Part shown: piece by piece, positions 39,668 to 53,295 of the stretch | Position numbering within the stretch: position 1 is the first letter of the stretch | How the letters are laid out: every line of letters starts with the position of its first letter | From: Octopus bimaculoides | Lineage: Eukaryota | Direction of reading: 5' to 3' | Length of the DNA stretch: 64,000 nucleotides | NCBI RefSeq assembly: GCF_001194135.2 | Contig: NC_069002.1 | Coordinates: 1,184,865 to 1,248,864 of the forward strand | Program-made: the position numbers and the translations under genes | The notes under the pieces: generated by a model | Databases searched by the model: none | What the model was told of the DNA's origin: nothing | What the model saw: only the letters and a program-made list of their open reading frames with translations

Positions 39668-39880
39668 ATTTGTCCACCACCACTGCTTGACGACCAGTGT
39701 CGGTGTTTTTACGTCCCTGCAAATGGCTGTTCGGAAAGAGTTCAATAGAATAGGTACCAGGCTTTAAAAAAATAGGTATGTTCTGGGGTCGATTCCTTTG
39801 ATCGAAAATTCCCCCAGGCGGTGCCCTAGCATGGCCGCAGTCTAATGACTGAAAGAAGTAAAATAGATAAAGATAAAAGA
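39668..39880 (+). mobile_element. SINE family B 3' half after a TA/TG tract
   Basis: CCACTGCTTGACGACC..CTAGCATGGCCGCAGTCTAATGACTGAAAG..GATAAAAGA. Confidence 0.85.
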
Positions 39881-40478
39881 CACCAGGGTAAAGAAAAAAC
39901 GAATTGGACGGCCATGAATAGAATGCTCTTGGTTATAGGTGTACCCCCAACAGGACTGGCTCAGTGTTAAACAACAACTACAACCAACAGACTGTGCCAG
40001 AATACGAACCATTGTCCACGTGTGCAGTAAACAGACATGTATTTACGGATGTCTATATATCGACATATATAGACGTATATGTGTGTGTGTATATATTTGT
40101 ATGTATTTATACAACCATAACTAATACGCAATTTTATCTCTGGACTTAGTATACGAATATATATCAATATATGAATATACACACACATATATATATTTAT
40201 ATATATATATGCGTGTGTCGGTGCGTATATAACCATTCATAATATATAGATATAACTAAATATAAACTTACTTCCCGCATTACAAGCAGCGTACAGTGTG
40301 TGTATANNNNNNNNNNNNNNNNNNNNNNNNNNNNNNNNNNNNNNNNNNNNNNNNNNNNNNNNNNNNNNNNNNNNNNNNNNNNNNNNNNNNNNNNNNNNNN
40401 NNNNNNNNNNNNNNNNNNNNNNNNNNNNNNNNNNNNNNNNNNNNNNNNNNNNNNNNNNNNNNNNNNNNNNNNNNNNNN

Positions 40479-40517
<39 letters not shown>

Positions 40518-41416
40518 ATGTGTGTATGTATATATCAACACTCGCAATTATGAACTGTGAACATTACATTAGTTTCAGTAAACGGTAGATATAGCGAAGC
40601 GATGAATCTTTCAACTCGACTTTATATCGATTCGGTAGCGGAGGAGCAGGATTATGCAGTTGCAGCGGCGGCGGCGGCTGCGGCGGCTGCGGTGGTGACT
40701 TCGAAACGTCGAAATGTTTAAATGACTTCGCCGTTCAGAGCGAACGCCTTTAATCGGTAAAGTATAGCCAGGAATCAGCGAAACGAAGAAATACTTATTT
40801 TGTTAAGGCGCTAAAATAACTGTTGCACAGAGACAGCAAAGCAGGATGGCCGAGATAATACAATAAAATAAAATATAGAGAGAGTTCGCTTTGTTTACTG
40901 GCTACATTAGTCATGTAAGATGAAGTCACTAAATGACACGGGAATACAGCTTCATAGAGAATATGGAGATTTTAATTTTGTTTACTTTACTTTACTTGAG
41001 AATTAGTTCAACACTTGATTGTGTATCGATATTCTTACCGTGCACCTCATATATATATATGTCTGTGTCGAAGTATCTATGTAATCTACGTCGTGTCACA
41101 AACTCTACGTGTATATATATATGTCTCCGTGTCTCTACATCTACATAGGCACACGTACATATGTATTTATGTATATTTATATGTGTGTGTGTGTGTCTCA
41201 GTGTGTGTCTCAACGGTTGGGTTTATGTGTTGTTGTTTTCGTGTGGTGGGTTTGTGTTGTTATGTGAATGTGCTGATAGAAAACTCGATGACAAAACTTC
41301 AAATGAAACGAAATTTTGTTTCCTATAGTTGTTGAGTTGAGAGCGTGACAAGAAGATTATTATTAACGAGACTTTTAGAGAAGAGATAATACTAAAACAA
41401 TCACATTACACGTACA

Positions 41417-41451
<35 letters not shown>

Positions 41452-41577
41452 AAATTTATATAATATACGTTAATACACTAAATTCTATACTGTTATGTAT
41501 GTATCTAAATGTGTTTGTGTGTGTAAATGTATATAATACATAGAAATTATATGTTATTATCAAACTACTACCTTCTC

Positions 41578-41642
<65 letters not shown>

Positions 41643-41847
41643 TTTTCTACTTTAGGCACAAGGCCCGAAATTTCTGGGTAGGGGCCAGTCATTTAGACCG
41701 ATCCCGGTACGCAACTTGTACTTAATTTATCGATCCCGAAAGGATGAAAGTCGACCTCAACGGAATTTGAACTCAGAACGTAAAGACAGACGAAATATCG
41801 CTAAGCATTTCGCCCGGCGTGCTAACGTTTCTGCTCGTTCACCGCAT
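41643..41847 (-). mobile_element. SINE family A, full length, (TA)n tail
   Basis: Near-identical to the copies at 59688 and 2618 where they overlap. Confidence 0.9.
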
Positions 41848-42199
41848 TAAGATGTATATCAGTCTATCTATCTATCTATGCGTGTATGTACGAGTACAGG
41901 GATGGAGGAAGAAGAGAGATAGTTATATAAATGCATGAATAGAGATATATACGTAGAAAATTAGACAGACAAAATTCAGTCAGCTTGATAGATTGATATA
42001 AGGATGGAATATAGTATCTGGGTCCCCATCGATGTGAACGATGAGTATTCTAGCTTTCCGATGAGCAGCACTGCTTTCTCATTAGTATTAATAACGTAAG
42101 AGGCTGCCGATTCCGTAGATATTAAGGGTAAATTCTGTCTACTCATTAAACACTTCTGTAGAAACATCAACATGGCGAAAGTGCGTGACAAGTAGGAAT

Positions 42200-42590
42200 C
42201 GGTCTTTCAATTGCATATACGAAGCCCAGTATACCCATCATGACAAGATAAACATTGTATGACCTTGTAGGTGGGGCTCAGTTAGCATTTTCTTCAAATC
42301 GAGTAGCCCATCCTGCTCAAAAGGTCCCTGAATAAGGGTTGCTTAAGGCTGTTGAACAAAACACCCATGTTTCCAGAGGTGACTTATCCAAACCCCAAAG
42401 AATTCCTCTCAACACATGGCTAAGATGTTCCCCCACTACTTCTGCTCGTGATCAGAGATGCACATATCGTCAGCCAGTAAGGGACATGCTCAACTGGTTA
42501 AGGTCAAACAACTGACAAGCAAATCTGTGGTATTGAGCGAATATTTGCTGTAGCCCATCTTTTATACCAAGACAAACAATGTACATGATA
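42200..42590. repeat. Putative interspersed repeat of unknown class
   Basis: Mid-GC non-coding island; the 13-mer AGGGACATGCTCA recurs at 14388; recalled as a common Octopus repeat but not verified. Confidence 0.3.
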
Positions 42591-42649
42591 ACAATCAAGA
42601 CAAAACAATAATAGTAATTATTATTATTATCATTATTATTATTATTATA

Positions 42650-43230
42650 TGTAAGAATATCATTATTATTCTTGTATGTGACCTGTGTAATAGATATATA
42701 AACAAGGTAAATTTAGCAATTTTTCAGTAGATTGAAACAATGATGAGCATCGTTAATCGATTTTGGAACTGTATTGAGTTCTCATTCGAGAAGTGTCAGA
42801 GGTGTCAACACCAATTTGGCTAAGTCCAGAGAAATAAGAATCCAATCTGTTTCTCTACTCAACGAATCCTGTAGCAACAGAGAGTCGGAGCGACTAATTT
42901 GCATAACTTAAGAGTTTAGCACCTTATTTGATATCAGTGACCTGTCAGTGGGGATCTGAGTCCACACAGTGTCAAGATATAATATAGTGTTTGTAATCTA
43001 TGTAGGAGATATATAAACAGGGTAAATTTAACTATGCCTCCGCAAACTGAGAAAATGATAATCAGCCCTTAGGATTAGCCACGGATACTGGCTATCAGAC
43101 ACAAGTATACATCACAAATGCGGTATTAGTATAATAATACCGATGCCATGTGTTGTCACACATTGACCATCTAAACAGATTGGCTACTTATTTCTCGTGG
43201 CTTCGTCAATATGATGTAGACACCTCTGAT
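42650..43230 (+). mobile_element. Penelope-like GIY-YIG remnants (two tandem starts)
   Basis: KNIIIILVCDLCNRYI near 42653 and VCNLCRRYI near 42990 resemble the recalled NVIYxLxCxxCxxxYIG. Confidence 0.4.
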
Positions 43231-43231
43231 G

Positions 43232-43980
43232 AGGCCTGTGCAAAGTCTCATTCACACGAGTCCATTATAGTATTTTTATTGTAAAAAAGCTAGCCATCCC
43301 TAGTTCAAATCATACCAACTACATTCTTGCTACGTAATATAATATCTACTGGTATTTACTTCTTTAATTAGAGTATAATTTTCAATTATATTTTAAATTT
43401 TATATTACAAATTTTAAAGTTTAGATTTTATGTTATTTTTATCCTTATTTCTAGTTCGTATTACAACTTTTCTTTATTTAATACTCTTATTCTTATTTTC
43501 ATTTTTAAACTTCCTCAAAAACGTCGAGTTAATCTTATGCGTGCAAGCCGGAATTGCATCATGCCATTCACGAGATTCACATTATTAGATTTAATATTAA
43601 AATTATAATCATGCCATGTTGAATAAATTTACTGATGCAATTCTACCTTGCACGCATAAGATCAACTCGACATTTTTGAGGAAGTTTAAAAATAAGAATA
43701 AGAATAAGAGTATTAATAAAGAAAAGTTGTAATACGAAATTGAAATAAGGATAAGAATGATAATTCTAAACTTTAAAATTTGTAATATGAAATTTAAAAT
43801 ATAATTGAAAATTATACTATAATTAATGAATTAAATACTAGTAGATATGTTACGTAGCAAGGATGTAGTTGGTATGATTTGAACTAGGGATGGCTAGTTT
43901 TGGATAAGCATAGGAATGGAATTAAAAATACAATAAAAATACTATAATGGACTCGTCGGAATGATACTTTACACAGGCCT
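43232..43980. repeat. Fold-back inverted repeat: arms of about 330 and 348 bp, 71-bp spacer
   Basis: Arm 43232-43561 aligns to the reverse complement of 43633-43980, with scattered substitutions and one indel of about 27 bp. Confidence 0.95.
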
Positions 43981-43999
43981 TTAATTATTCACAACTAAT

Positions 44000-44300
44000 A
44001 TATGAAGGGAATAACAATAATGTCAGGATTTTTTCGAATTCGATGGAACGGGATTATGTGAGTTGTCCTTTTTTTGTATTGTCTTCATGGTGTCTGTCGT
44101 ATTCCGTCGATGAAACTTTTGGAAGCATTAAATATTGTCTCTAATTTTAGTATGTCCGTTTAAGATTTTGAAATATCTAGCTTTCTACTTTCCACACACC
44201 TCGTGTTCTAACTTGAAATCTTTAGTCCCTATAACATATCCTATGAACTTATAATTTACTATATCCTATTTCATATCGACGTCTTCTATTTCAAATGCCT
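44000..44300 (-). mobile_element. Possible Penelope-like linker remnant
   Basis: IIPFHRIRKNPDIIVI resembles the recalled PLE IIPFVxTHNPxNPxIF; weak and frameshifted. Confidence 0.25.
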
Positions 44301-44869
44301 CATATATTTTTAAATATCTAAGTGTTTTTAAATATTCTATATGCTTATGTTGTGACCTCTAAATTTTTATTCCTCTATAGTATATCGTGTGAATTTATAA
44401 TTCACTATGTCTTATATAATATCGACGTTTTTATATCTAATTATGTGTATATTTTGTATTTATTTTATTTATATATTTTTTTAAATGCCTATGTATTTAT
44501 AAAGGCTTTTAAATATTTCTAGATAGTTGCGAGCTTATAAAAATATATAAATGTCTATATGCTTGTATGTTATTAATACTTCTATTAAGTTGAGCTTTAT
44601 GTCGCTTTATTAATGTCGGAGTAAGTGTGCATGTATATTGAATATTCTGCTGGTTATGTTCCTCTAGTTTTCTGCTCGTATTGCCTCCACTCAAATTATA
44701 TATATATACGTGTGAACGTGCATGTGTATATTTATGAATATGCATTTATCTAAACGCGCACACACACACGCATATATACGTGCAATATAAGTGAAATAGG
44801 TAACCACAACAGGTTAAATATTTGATTTAGTTCGTGACGTAATCACTTTGCGATTTCGAAAGTTCTGTG

Positions 44870-46190
44870 GCGCATATTTCTCACTCTATCGTGGCACAGA
44901 GACATAGACATTGCTACAGTTGTTTTACTCCATGCCATTCTAACCGAGCAGACGTATTATTCAAAATAATTTCTGCCGTCATGATGGCTTCGTGTTCTTC
45001 GTATATCTTTGGCTCTATTGCGAAATGCAGCCTTCCATTTTTAAGACAATAAATAGTAATTTCTTTGACAGTTATCTCATATTTCTAGTATGTCTTTGTG
45101 GCTGCATCCAGGCTTTGTCGTAGTCTTGATGGGTCTGTATGTGGCTGTTTTTATTTATATTGTCCCATTATGGTTACCGGAACCAGTATAATAATATACA
45201 TACATTCACAAACGTACTCATGTACACACACACACACACACACATACGCACAAACTCACACACACAAAAATATAAAATGCATATAAATGCAGTTTTTTTA
45301 ACCCTTTTCTGATATCAAAATCTTTTCTGTTATACGAAACCGCATTTCTAGTGTAAAACTCCTAAACTTTCTCGGCTGTATACTGCCTCGTTCGTTAGTT
45401 TCTCATTTCACATAGTTTCTGCACTTCCTATCATTCAAATGGACCTTACTCCTTCTCCGGGACATATTCTTAGTGGCCATGAAGCCCATTAATTTCAATT
45501 AGCAATCTTTACCAATCTTAGTGTCTTTGGATTCATCATGTAAATTTCTGCGTAGTGAATCGGCATATCAGACTGCATCATTCTTCTTTTTCTTATTTTC
45601 TTGAAGATATCCATATCTGCATTCAACTCGGCATCGCTATCAGACAAAATTCTCGTCAATTTTATAAGAATTACGTACTTCGAAGAGTGATGCATGTAAA
45701 TACATGATAGCGAGTTCCACTTAGTGTTAGCTATTTCCTGATACATTCAGAACCGTGGAACCTTTTCCCATTTATTGGTATCTGTTTCAGATAAATAACA
45801 ACCAAGGGATCTATTTTCAAATAAATACAAAACTAAGGTACTTATTTTCAATTAACGGTATCTATTTCTAGATAAATACATAAGTGTGGTACTTAATTGC
45901 TGCTCGAAAAACAAAAAATGAAACCGCTGGAAAACTTTCGACAGAAGCTGGTAACTGGGTGCGAAATACCCACCGTTGTGCTTGGAGCTCTGTAATCTAT
46001 CGCCAGAGCCAAAAATAGTATTGGTTAAACATGTCCATGAAATCAAAAGAATCCAATTATAAACCACAGAGCTGTTAGATATTACAACAGCTGCAAAACA
46101 ACAACACTGACGATGGGAATAACAAATCGAGCTCAACTTAAATGTTCTATTCATAATTACAGATTTCGTCAATAGAGAAGCGATCCAATA
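44870..46190 (-). mobile_element. RTE-clade LINE reverse transcriptase remnant, heavily decayed
   Basis: Motif remnants in the expected order: WEKVP, ADMDIF..MPIHY, RNLHD, GEGVR, MRFRITEKI, LRQSLDAATKTY, RMAWSK; many stops and frameshifts, (TG)n insertion. Confidence 0.5.
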
Positions 46191-48914
46191 GGTGGATTTT
46201 TACAATTTTAATTCAGGTTTATTTAATCAATTCTTTCCTTCGTTATTTCTTTCCATTTGAACGATCTACGTCTGAAGGAAATTGCTTTTAAATGTTACAC
46301 AAATACATCCATTCATACACGCATGCATATATATATATATATATNNNNNNNNNNNNNNNNNNNNNNNNNNNNNNNNNNNNNNNNNNNNNNNNNNNNNNNN
46401 NNNNNNNNNNNNNNNNNNNNNNNNNNNNNNNNNNNNNNNNNNNNNNNNNNNNNNNNNNNNNNNNNNNNNNNNNNNNNNNNNNNNNNNNNNNNNNNNNNNN
46501 NNNNNNNNNNNNNNNNNNNNNNNNNNNNNNNNNNNNNNNNNNNNNNNNNNNNNNNNNNNNNNNNNNNNNNNNNNNNNNNNNNNNNNNNNNNNNNNNNNNN
46601 NNNNNNNNNNNNNNNNNNNNNNNNNNNNNNNNNNNNNNNNNNNNNNNNNNNNNNNNNNNNNNNNNNNNNNNNNNNNNNNNNNNNNNNNNNNNNNNNNNNN
46701 NNNNNNNNNNNNNNNNNNNNNNNNNNNNNNNNNNNNNNNNNNNNNNNNNNNNNNNNNNNNNNNNNNNNNNNNNNNNNNNNNNNNNNNNNNNNNNNNNNNN
46801 NNNNNNNNNNNNNNNNNNNNNNNNNNNNNNNNNNNNNNNNNNNNNNNNNNNNNNNNNNNNNNNNNNNNNNNNNNNNNNNNNNNNNNNNNNNNNNNNNNNN
46901 NNNNNNNNNNNNNNNNNNNNNNNNNNNNNNNNNNNNNNNNNNNNNNNNNNNNNNNNNNNNNNNNNNNNNNNNNNNNNNNNNNNNNNNNNNNNNNNNNNNN
47001 NNNNNNNNNNNNNNNNNNNNNNNNNNNNNNNNNNNNNNNNNNNNNNNNNNNNNNNNNNNNNNNNNNNNNNNNNNNNNNNNNNNNNNNNNNNNNNNNNNNN
47101 NNNNNNNNNNNNNNNNNNNNNNNNNNNNNNNNNNNNNNNNNNNNNNNNNNNTATATATATATATATATATATTTATCAAGAGAAAGTGAGAGGGACGAAG
47201 ACGGAAAATGATTGGTGAGAAAGAATAGACAGAGATAAAGGTATATGTATGTATGTCTCTCTCTCTATATATATACATACGTACATACATACATACATAC
47301 ATACATACATACATACATACAGAGAGAGAGAGAAAGACATTGAAGTAAAAGAGGAAGACGACGACGGACGAAACATGCGGTAGGGTGAGGTGGTATGTGT
47401 GTGTGTGTTTTACGGTGTCTATAGATGAATTAAACGTGCATGGTGATTGCAGTGGTGACGGTGGTTGTGGTGGCCCCGGGATAGGATAGGTAGGTTGTTG
47501 GAGCGATGTTGGTGGTGGTGGTGCTGGTGGTTGGGGAAGAGAGTTATTTCGGGAGGTATATAGCTACAGCAAAATATCTAATTGCTCCTATTGCAATTGT
47601 GAGCTGCAGTTGCGCTGGTTTCTAACTGAATATGTATGTCAATAAAGCTAATCTTATGTGGCAGATATTCTCCGGAGACAACCTACATAATGAGCTGGTG
47701 CAACTCCCAAATCTTGGAAGCGAATTCTATGAAATATCTGTCTTTAGATTATTTGTACATAGTTGGGAGGCTTTTATAAAAGATGAAATATTTTCCTTTC
47801 CTATTTTTTCTACTTTGCGTTTTATTTTTTCTTTATCATTGTGGTGGTTGTGGAGGTAGTAGTAATACTGGTGGTGGTGTAGGTCTAAGTAATGGTGTTG
47901 GTGAACGTCGTGGTTGCTGTGGTGGTGGTGCGTTTGTAATTTATTGGGAAGGAGGGAGGTTATGTTTTTAATATTATTGTTGAGGTTGTTGTTGGTGTTG
48001 TAGTAGTAGTTTTTGTTGTTGTTGTTATTTGTTCATCTCCCGCCTTTCTTCCAATTACCTTTATTTAGCGTTTCTATTATAAAATGCAGAGTTTCTTTTG
48101 CATTTTTGCATCACTTTCATTGCATCTTCTGTAGAAGATACGAAGATGATGACGATTTTATGATGATGATGATGATGAGGAGGAGGAGGATTGTAATGAC
48201 CACGACAACGATGGTGATGAGAAGGCAGAGGAGTGGGGAGGCTGAGGATGAAGGGGAAATACAAAGCAAAGAAAATTAAGAAATAAAAATGCCGTTTCCA
48301 TATCAAATAGAAAAAGAGAGAATTTCTATAAAGGTTTATCATTTTCACACTATTTAGAATAAGAAACGAACGCACAAACACACACACTCACGGAGTAAGT
48401 AAATATTCCGCATTTCTCGACAGTTTCAAAACTGTTTCTAGAGGGTTCGTAATTCTCACTCTATACATACACGCGTACGTACGTACATACATACATGAGT
48501 GTTAAGCTCGTGTCTGCTTTCTTGTCCGGAGACTTGAATGAAGTAGAACCGTTCTTTAAACGATCCCTGCACCATACCGATATAACACTTTTCTCCCCAA
48601 CTCTTTGACTTTAGCATGCTTTAGATGACGTGTACCTCATACAGACAACTGATGAAATTTTCTATGCAAGTTCTCTACTTCATCTTCCCTCTTTATTTCT
48701 TTCTCTTCTTTAACACCCTCCCCCAATTCACTGCTCTTTCTTGTCCTCCTACTTATCCTTACTTTTACTTCTTTCTCAGTTCATCCTCTTCCACAAATTA
48801 TCAGCAGCAACAGCATCACTGTCTTCTTCTTCTTCTCCTCCTCCTCGTCCTTCTTCTTCTTTATTGTCTTTGTGCAGCTTCTAACGCTGGAGATGTACTA
48901 CGGTGTCAGCTGTT

Positions 48915-48990
48915 CACTACCAGCTATAATAGAAGACACTGACCTGAAGTACCACGCAGTGGGACTGAACCCAAACTTCTTATCACACAG
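48915..48990 (-). mobile_element. SINE family B head fragment with an internal deletion
   Basis: AGAAGACACT..CCACGCAGTGGGACTGAACCC. Confidence 0.65.
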
Positions 48991-49151
48991 GCATATGTAT
49001 ATGTAGATATATCTCTGCGTGAGTGTGTGTGTAGGCAAATCAAAAATAACAAACGGGTTGGTATGACAAAAGTGAATTAGACGTACGCAGCAGATATATT
49101 AGTTTTGAAGCTCAGCGAAAGATTTAGATGGAAAAATAGCAGAGTGGAATC

Positions 49152-49178
49152 GACGTTTCGAGCATGGCTCTTCGTCAT
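49152..49178 (-). ncRNA. Second hammerhead-like core, C3 mutated
   Basis: Minus strand AUGACGA-A-GAGC-CAU-GCUC-GAAAC-GUC. Confidence 0.35.
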
Positions 49179-49234
49179 GTGCGTGTGTGTGTATGTATGT
49201 ATATGTTCGTTGTGTGTGTGCCTTTATGTGTGTG

Positions 49235-49405
49235 TTTCTCCACAGAACTCACCGCTTACTTGCCGGTGTTGGTTTGTTTACGTTCTTGTAAGTTATCGTT
49301 TCTGCGAAAGAGACCAATAAATTGAGCAACGAACTTCAAAAAAACAAAAACCTGCAGTTGATTTGTTCGATGAACACTTCAAGGTGGTGCTCCAGCTTGG
49401 CATCA
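49235..49405 (+). mobile_element. SINE family B 3' half
   Basis: CACCGCTTACTTGCCGGTGTTGGTTTGTTTACG..GGTGGTGCTCCAGC. Confidence 0.7.
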
Positions 49406-50248
49406 ATCCACCAAGAAAAAACAAGTGGGGTGCAAAATGATATGAGATCATCGTACCAAAGACCACATTACCTTTTATTTATTAATTAGCGCATTTATTT
49501 ATTTGTTTCTTGTTTTTTTTTTCTTACTGATTTGGGTTCCGTCTACAGATTTCCGCAGAATGTAATTCTGAACAAAGAAACCAGAGAAAAATTAAACGAA
49601 ATATGTAAAGAAAAATTCTAAAAACATTTAAAATATTTTTGAAATAAAGAGAGAAACGTCTGAATATAATACACTTAAAACGTAAATATTGTTTTTTTTT
49701 TGTGGTGGTGGTGGAGGAGGATTAAGTAAAAAATATATACAATAGATAAAAAGAAAACAATCAAAATAATAATAATAAAGTTGATGACGACGATGATGGT
49801 GGTGGTGGTGGTGGTGGTGGTGATTGTTTTTTTATTGTCCTCAAGGGTTTAAGATGCTGAATTCAAGAGCAGCATCTACAAATGATGATTATAATGATGA
49901 TGATGATAATAATAATAATAATAATAATCAATAGCTCGACTGTTCAATCAATCAAGCGTTGGACTGAGGCAGAAGAGGAAGAAGTAGTAGTAGTAGTAGT
50001 GGAAGAGGAAGAAGAGGTAGGAGTAGAAGAAAAGTAAGGTATATGAGCTGTTTTAAGATGATGGTAGTAGACATCATATCGATTGGATTAAATAAATGAG
50101 GCCTTCAGACAACGATTAACGAATTTTTAAAAAGATATAAAAGGAAAATAAAGGGAAAATCTGAAATATTTAGGGATGCCTTGAATATTATTATCATGGC
50201 CATTCAATGAGATTAAATAGAGACAAACATGGAATGACTTTCTTTCGG

Positions 50249-50284
<36 letters not shown>

Positions 50285-51458
50285 ATATTTGTACAGTTTA
50301 TTTACTCAATATCATCGTAGAATCAGTGTTTTGTTTTGCAATACATATACACATATATACATACTTACATATATACACACACATATGCACACACATGACT
50401 ATATAAATGTATGCATATATATATATGTACATGTAGATATACATATATATACATGTGCATGTAGATATGCATATATATATACATGTGCATGTAGATATGC
50501 ATATATATATATATGTGTGTGTATATATATATATATGTATATATGTAGTTATTTATGCTTATATATGTATATATAGCAATATGTATGTATGTATGTGTAT
50601 AAACACGCATATATATCTATGTTTACATATACGGTTTGGCATATTTTCATATTTGCTTTTTTGCTACAGTTTTGTAGTAGTTGTTATTGTTAAATAAGTT
50701 TTTATTATTTTTTTCTTGTTATATTTTAGTATTTATAATTATAATTATTCTTATTATTTTTTTAAAGCAGCAATTTCACTCGAAGCGTTGCATTTAAAAC
50801 GATTCTTTCCCGGATAAACCCCAAATGAATTTTGTGCTCGAGAATAAGTACCCCAGGAGGGATTCCTTGGTTGCTTAATCAGTCTCCCCACCACCTCCAC
50901 CACCACCACCAAGACCACAACCATAATCACCACCACCTCCACTGCCGACGCCGCAGCCACCACCACTATCGCCATCACACGACCATCACCACCGCAACCA
51001 TCAGCACCACCGCAACTATCACCATCACTGCAACCATAGCCATCACCACAACCATCACTACCACCGCAACCTTCACCACTACTACTAGCATTACCAACAC
51101 CATGACCACCACAACCACCTCCACCATCGTCGCCCAGAAGAAATTCCTCCACTACAGTTTCCACCAGCATCGCATCCACTGCCAACAGCGCCTTTACTGC
51201 ACGATACACTGCTCAACACCACTGCGTGTACTACAGCCACTACCATCAATATACGAACACCACGACTACTTACACGGCCCCTTATCCATGGCGAAACGAT
51301 AGCTTTGAAAACTTATAGGATTATTATGAAAGGGAGCAAAACAGAGAAGATTAATTTTGGCATGTATGGAGGGGGGGGAGTACATCAGTCACTGTGTGTA
51401 AAAGCATATCCGTATGTGTAAATGTCTGTGCGTGTATGTGTGCGTGTGTATGTCTGCG

Positions 51459-51502
<44 letters not shown>

Positions 51503-51937
51503 ATATACGTATATGCATACATATAAACAGATGCAAATACATACATACAGATATCTATATGCATGCACACACATATATACACACGTTGGACATTTAAATA
51601 AATGAGCATGAATACGTGTTTTAGTGTATGAGTGAATGTGTGTGTGTATGTGTTTAAGTGCTAAGAAAAAATTCCTAAGGATTTAGAATGGCATTTAAAA
51701 GCTCAGTTTGCAGAATATTCGAGATAAGCAAACGAATTCTTGTAATTACTCGACTGCCTTGGCACCATAAGAATGGACTGGATTCCTTTGAATGCTTTCA
51801 ATGAAGAAGGTAGCTTAATTATCGTTCGATAAATACTGACACTAACAACCTATCCCCCAATAGACACACACACACACACACACACGTGTATATATACATA
51901 TACATACATATATATGTGTATATACATATACAAGTAT

Positions 51938-51987
<50 letters not shown>

Positions 51988-52010
51988 GCATGTATGTGTC
52001 TATATATATG

Positions 52011-52058
<48 letters not shown>

Positions 52059-52269
52059 ATAAATATATGAGCTTATCATAAATGATATTTTTCACATATT
52101 TAACACTCCTTAAAATTCGAAGTATTTTAATTTCCACTTTATACATGTGTTTGTTGTGTGTGTATGTGAGTGTGTGTAAACCACACGCGCTCATGAACTA
52201 AATATATCTTGATTAAAATAATTATTTTAGAGATTAAAATCCTCTAACAGAGATAAGTAGATGTGATAT

Positions 52270-52480
52270 ATAATGAGCCAGTACAACATTTTCGTTCTGC
52301 AAACTCTCAACAGAGTTCTTGGACGTTTAGACTGTTAAATGTGAATAATTTTTTCCCAATCTGGACGCTGCCCTCGATATACAGTCTGTTGGACGGATTA
52401 CGGCTTTTAGACTTTATGCTGAATTCCAGTCAGTGGCATTACTTATATTTAGCTGGGAGGACATGGTGTGACTGGTTCAA
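52270..52480 (-). mobile_element. Possible Tc1 transposase C-terminal remnant
   Basis: Frame-mixed VLEPVTPCPPS..SRNPSN..WEKI..NSVESL resembles the recalled WPxxSPDLNP..RNPSN..EWEKI..LVESM. Confidence 0.35.
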
Positions 52481-53253
52481 GCACACAACAAGCACTTGGT
52501 CAGAGAAAGGAGCTTATCTATCTAGCTATATTCTCTGTCTGTTAGTCTGCCTGACTGTTTATCTATGTCTGTCTCACTTTCTCTCTCGCGCGCGCGACTA
52601 TGGTGATGATGAGATGCGCATCAACTAATAAATGCTACACAAAGTTCATTTGTCAAACTAAGGTCCAATTAAGACATTGAAAGACCTACTCACAATATAA
52701 TGTTGCGGCGTTGAACACTAGTGTCTTGAGCAAGCTTCTTGGCCACTCAGTCATGCATGCAGCTGTACATGAGTCTATATACATAACATGAAACCATAGT
52801 TTCGCGCTTAAAGCTCTGGTTGATGACTATTTAGAGGGATCTGGCAAATACGGTCCGTAGCGTTTGAGCGGGCAATTGAACTCCACGGGGTAGAGTTCAA
52901 TTCTCCGGAATGCAACATGGACGACGAATGAAATTGTAAAATTAAAACATATTCGAGCGAAATTATGTATGTTTGTTTGTATGTGCAGACATTTATCACT
53001 CTCGCGATTTCCCTCTCCATATCTATCCATATATCAACATATCTACGTCTATATAGGCTTCTAGCTTTCTGTTTATCTATAAATCTCATTCTTTCTCTGG
53101 CTATCTATCTATCTACTTGTCTATATATACACATGTAAGTACGTCTACACACACATATACATATATATCACACATAAATGTATACATCCATATATGATTG
53201 TATATGTATACGTATATAAATATATATAAACATACACATCATTATATATAATA

Positions 53254-53295
<42 letters not shown>

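Noticed and set aside
45900-45995. Plus-strand EIPTVVLGAL resembling a restriction-like endonuclease motif
   Set aside because: The minus strand fits the ordered RTE reverse transcriptase motifs better
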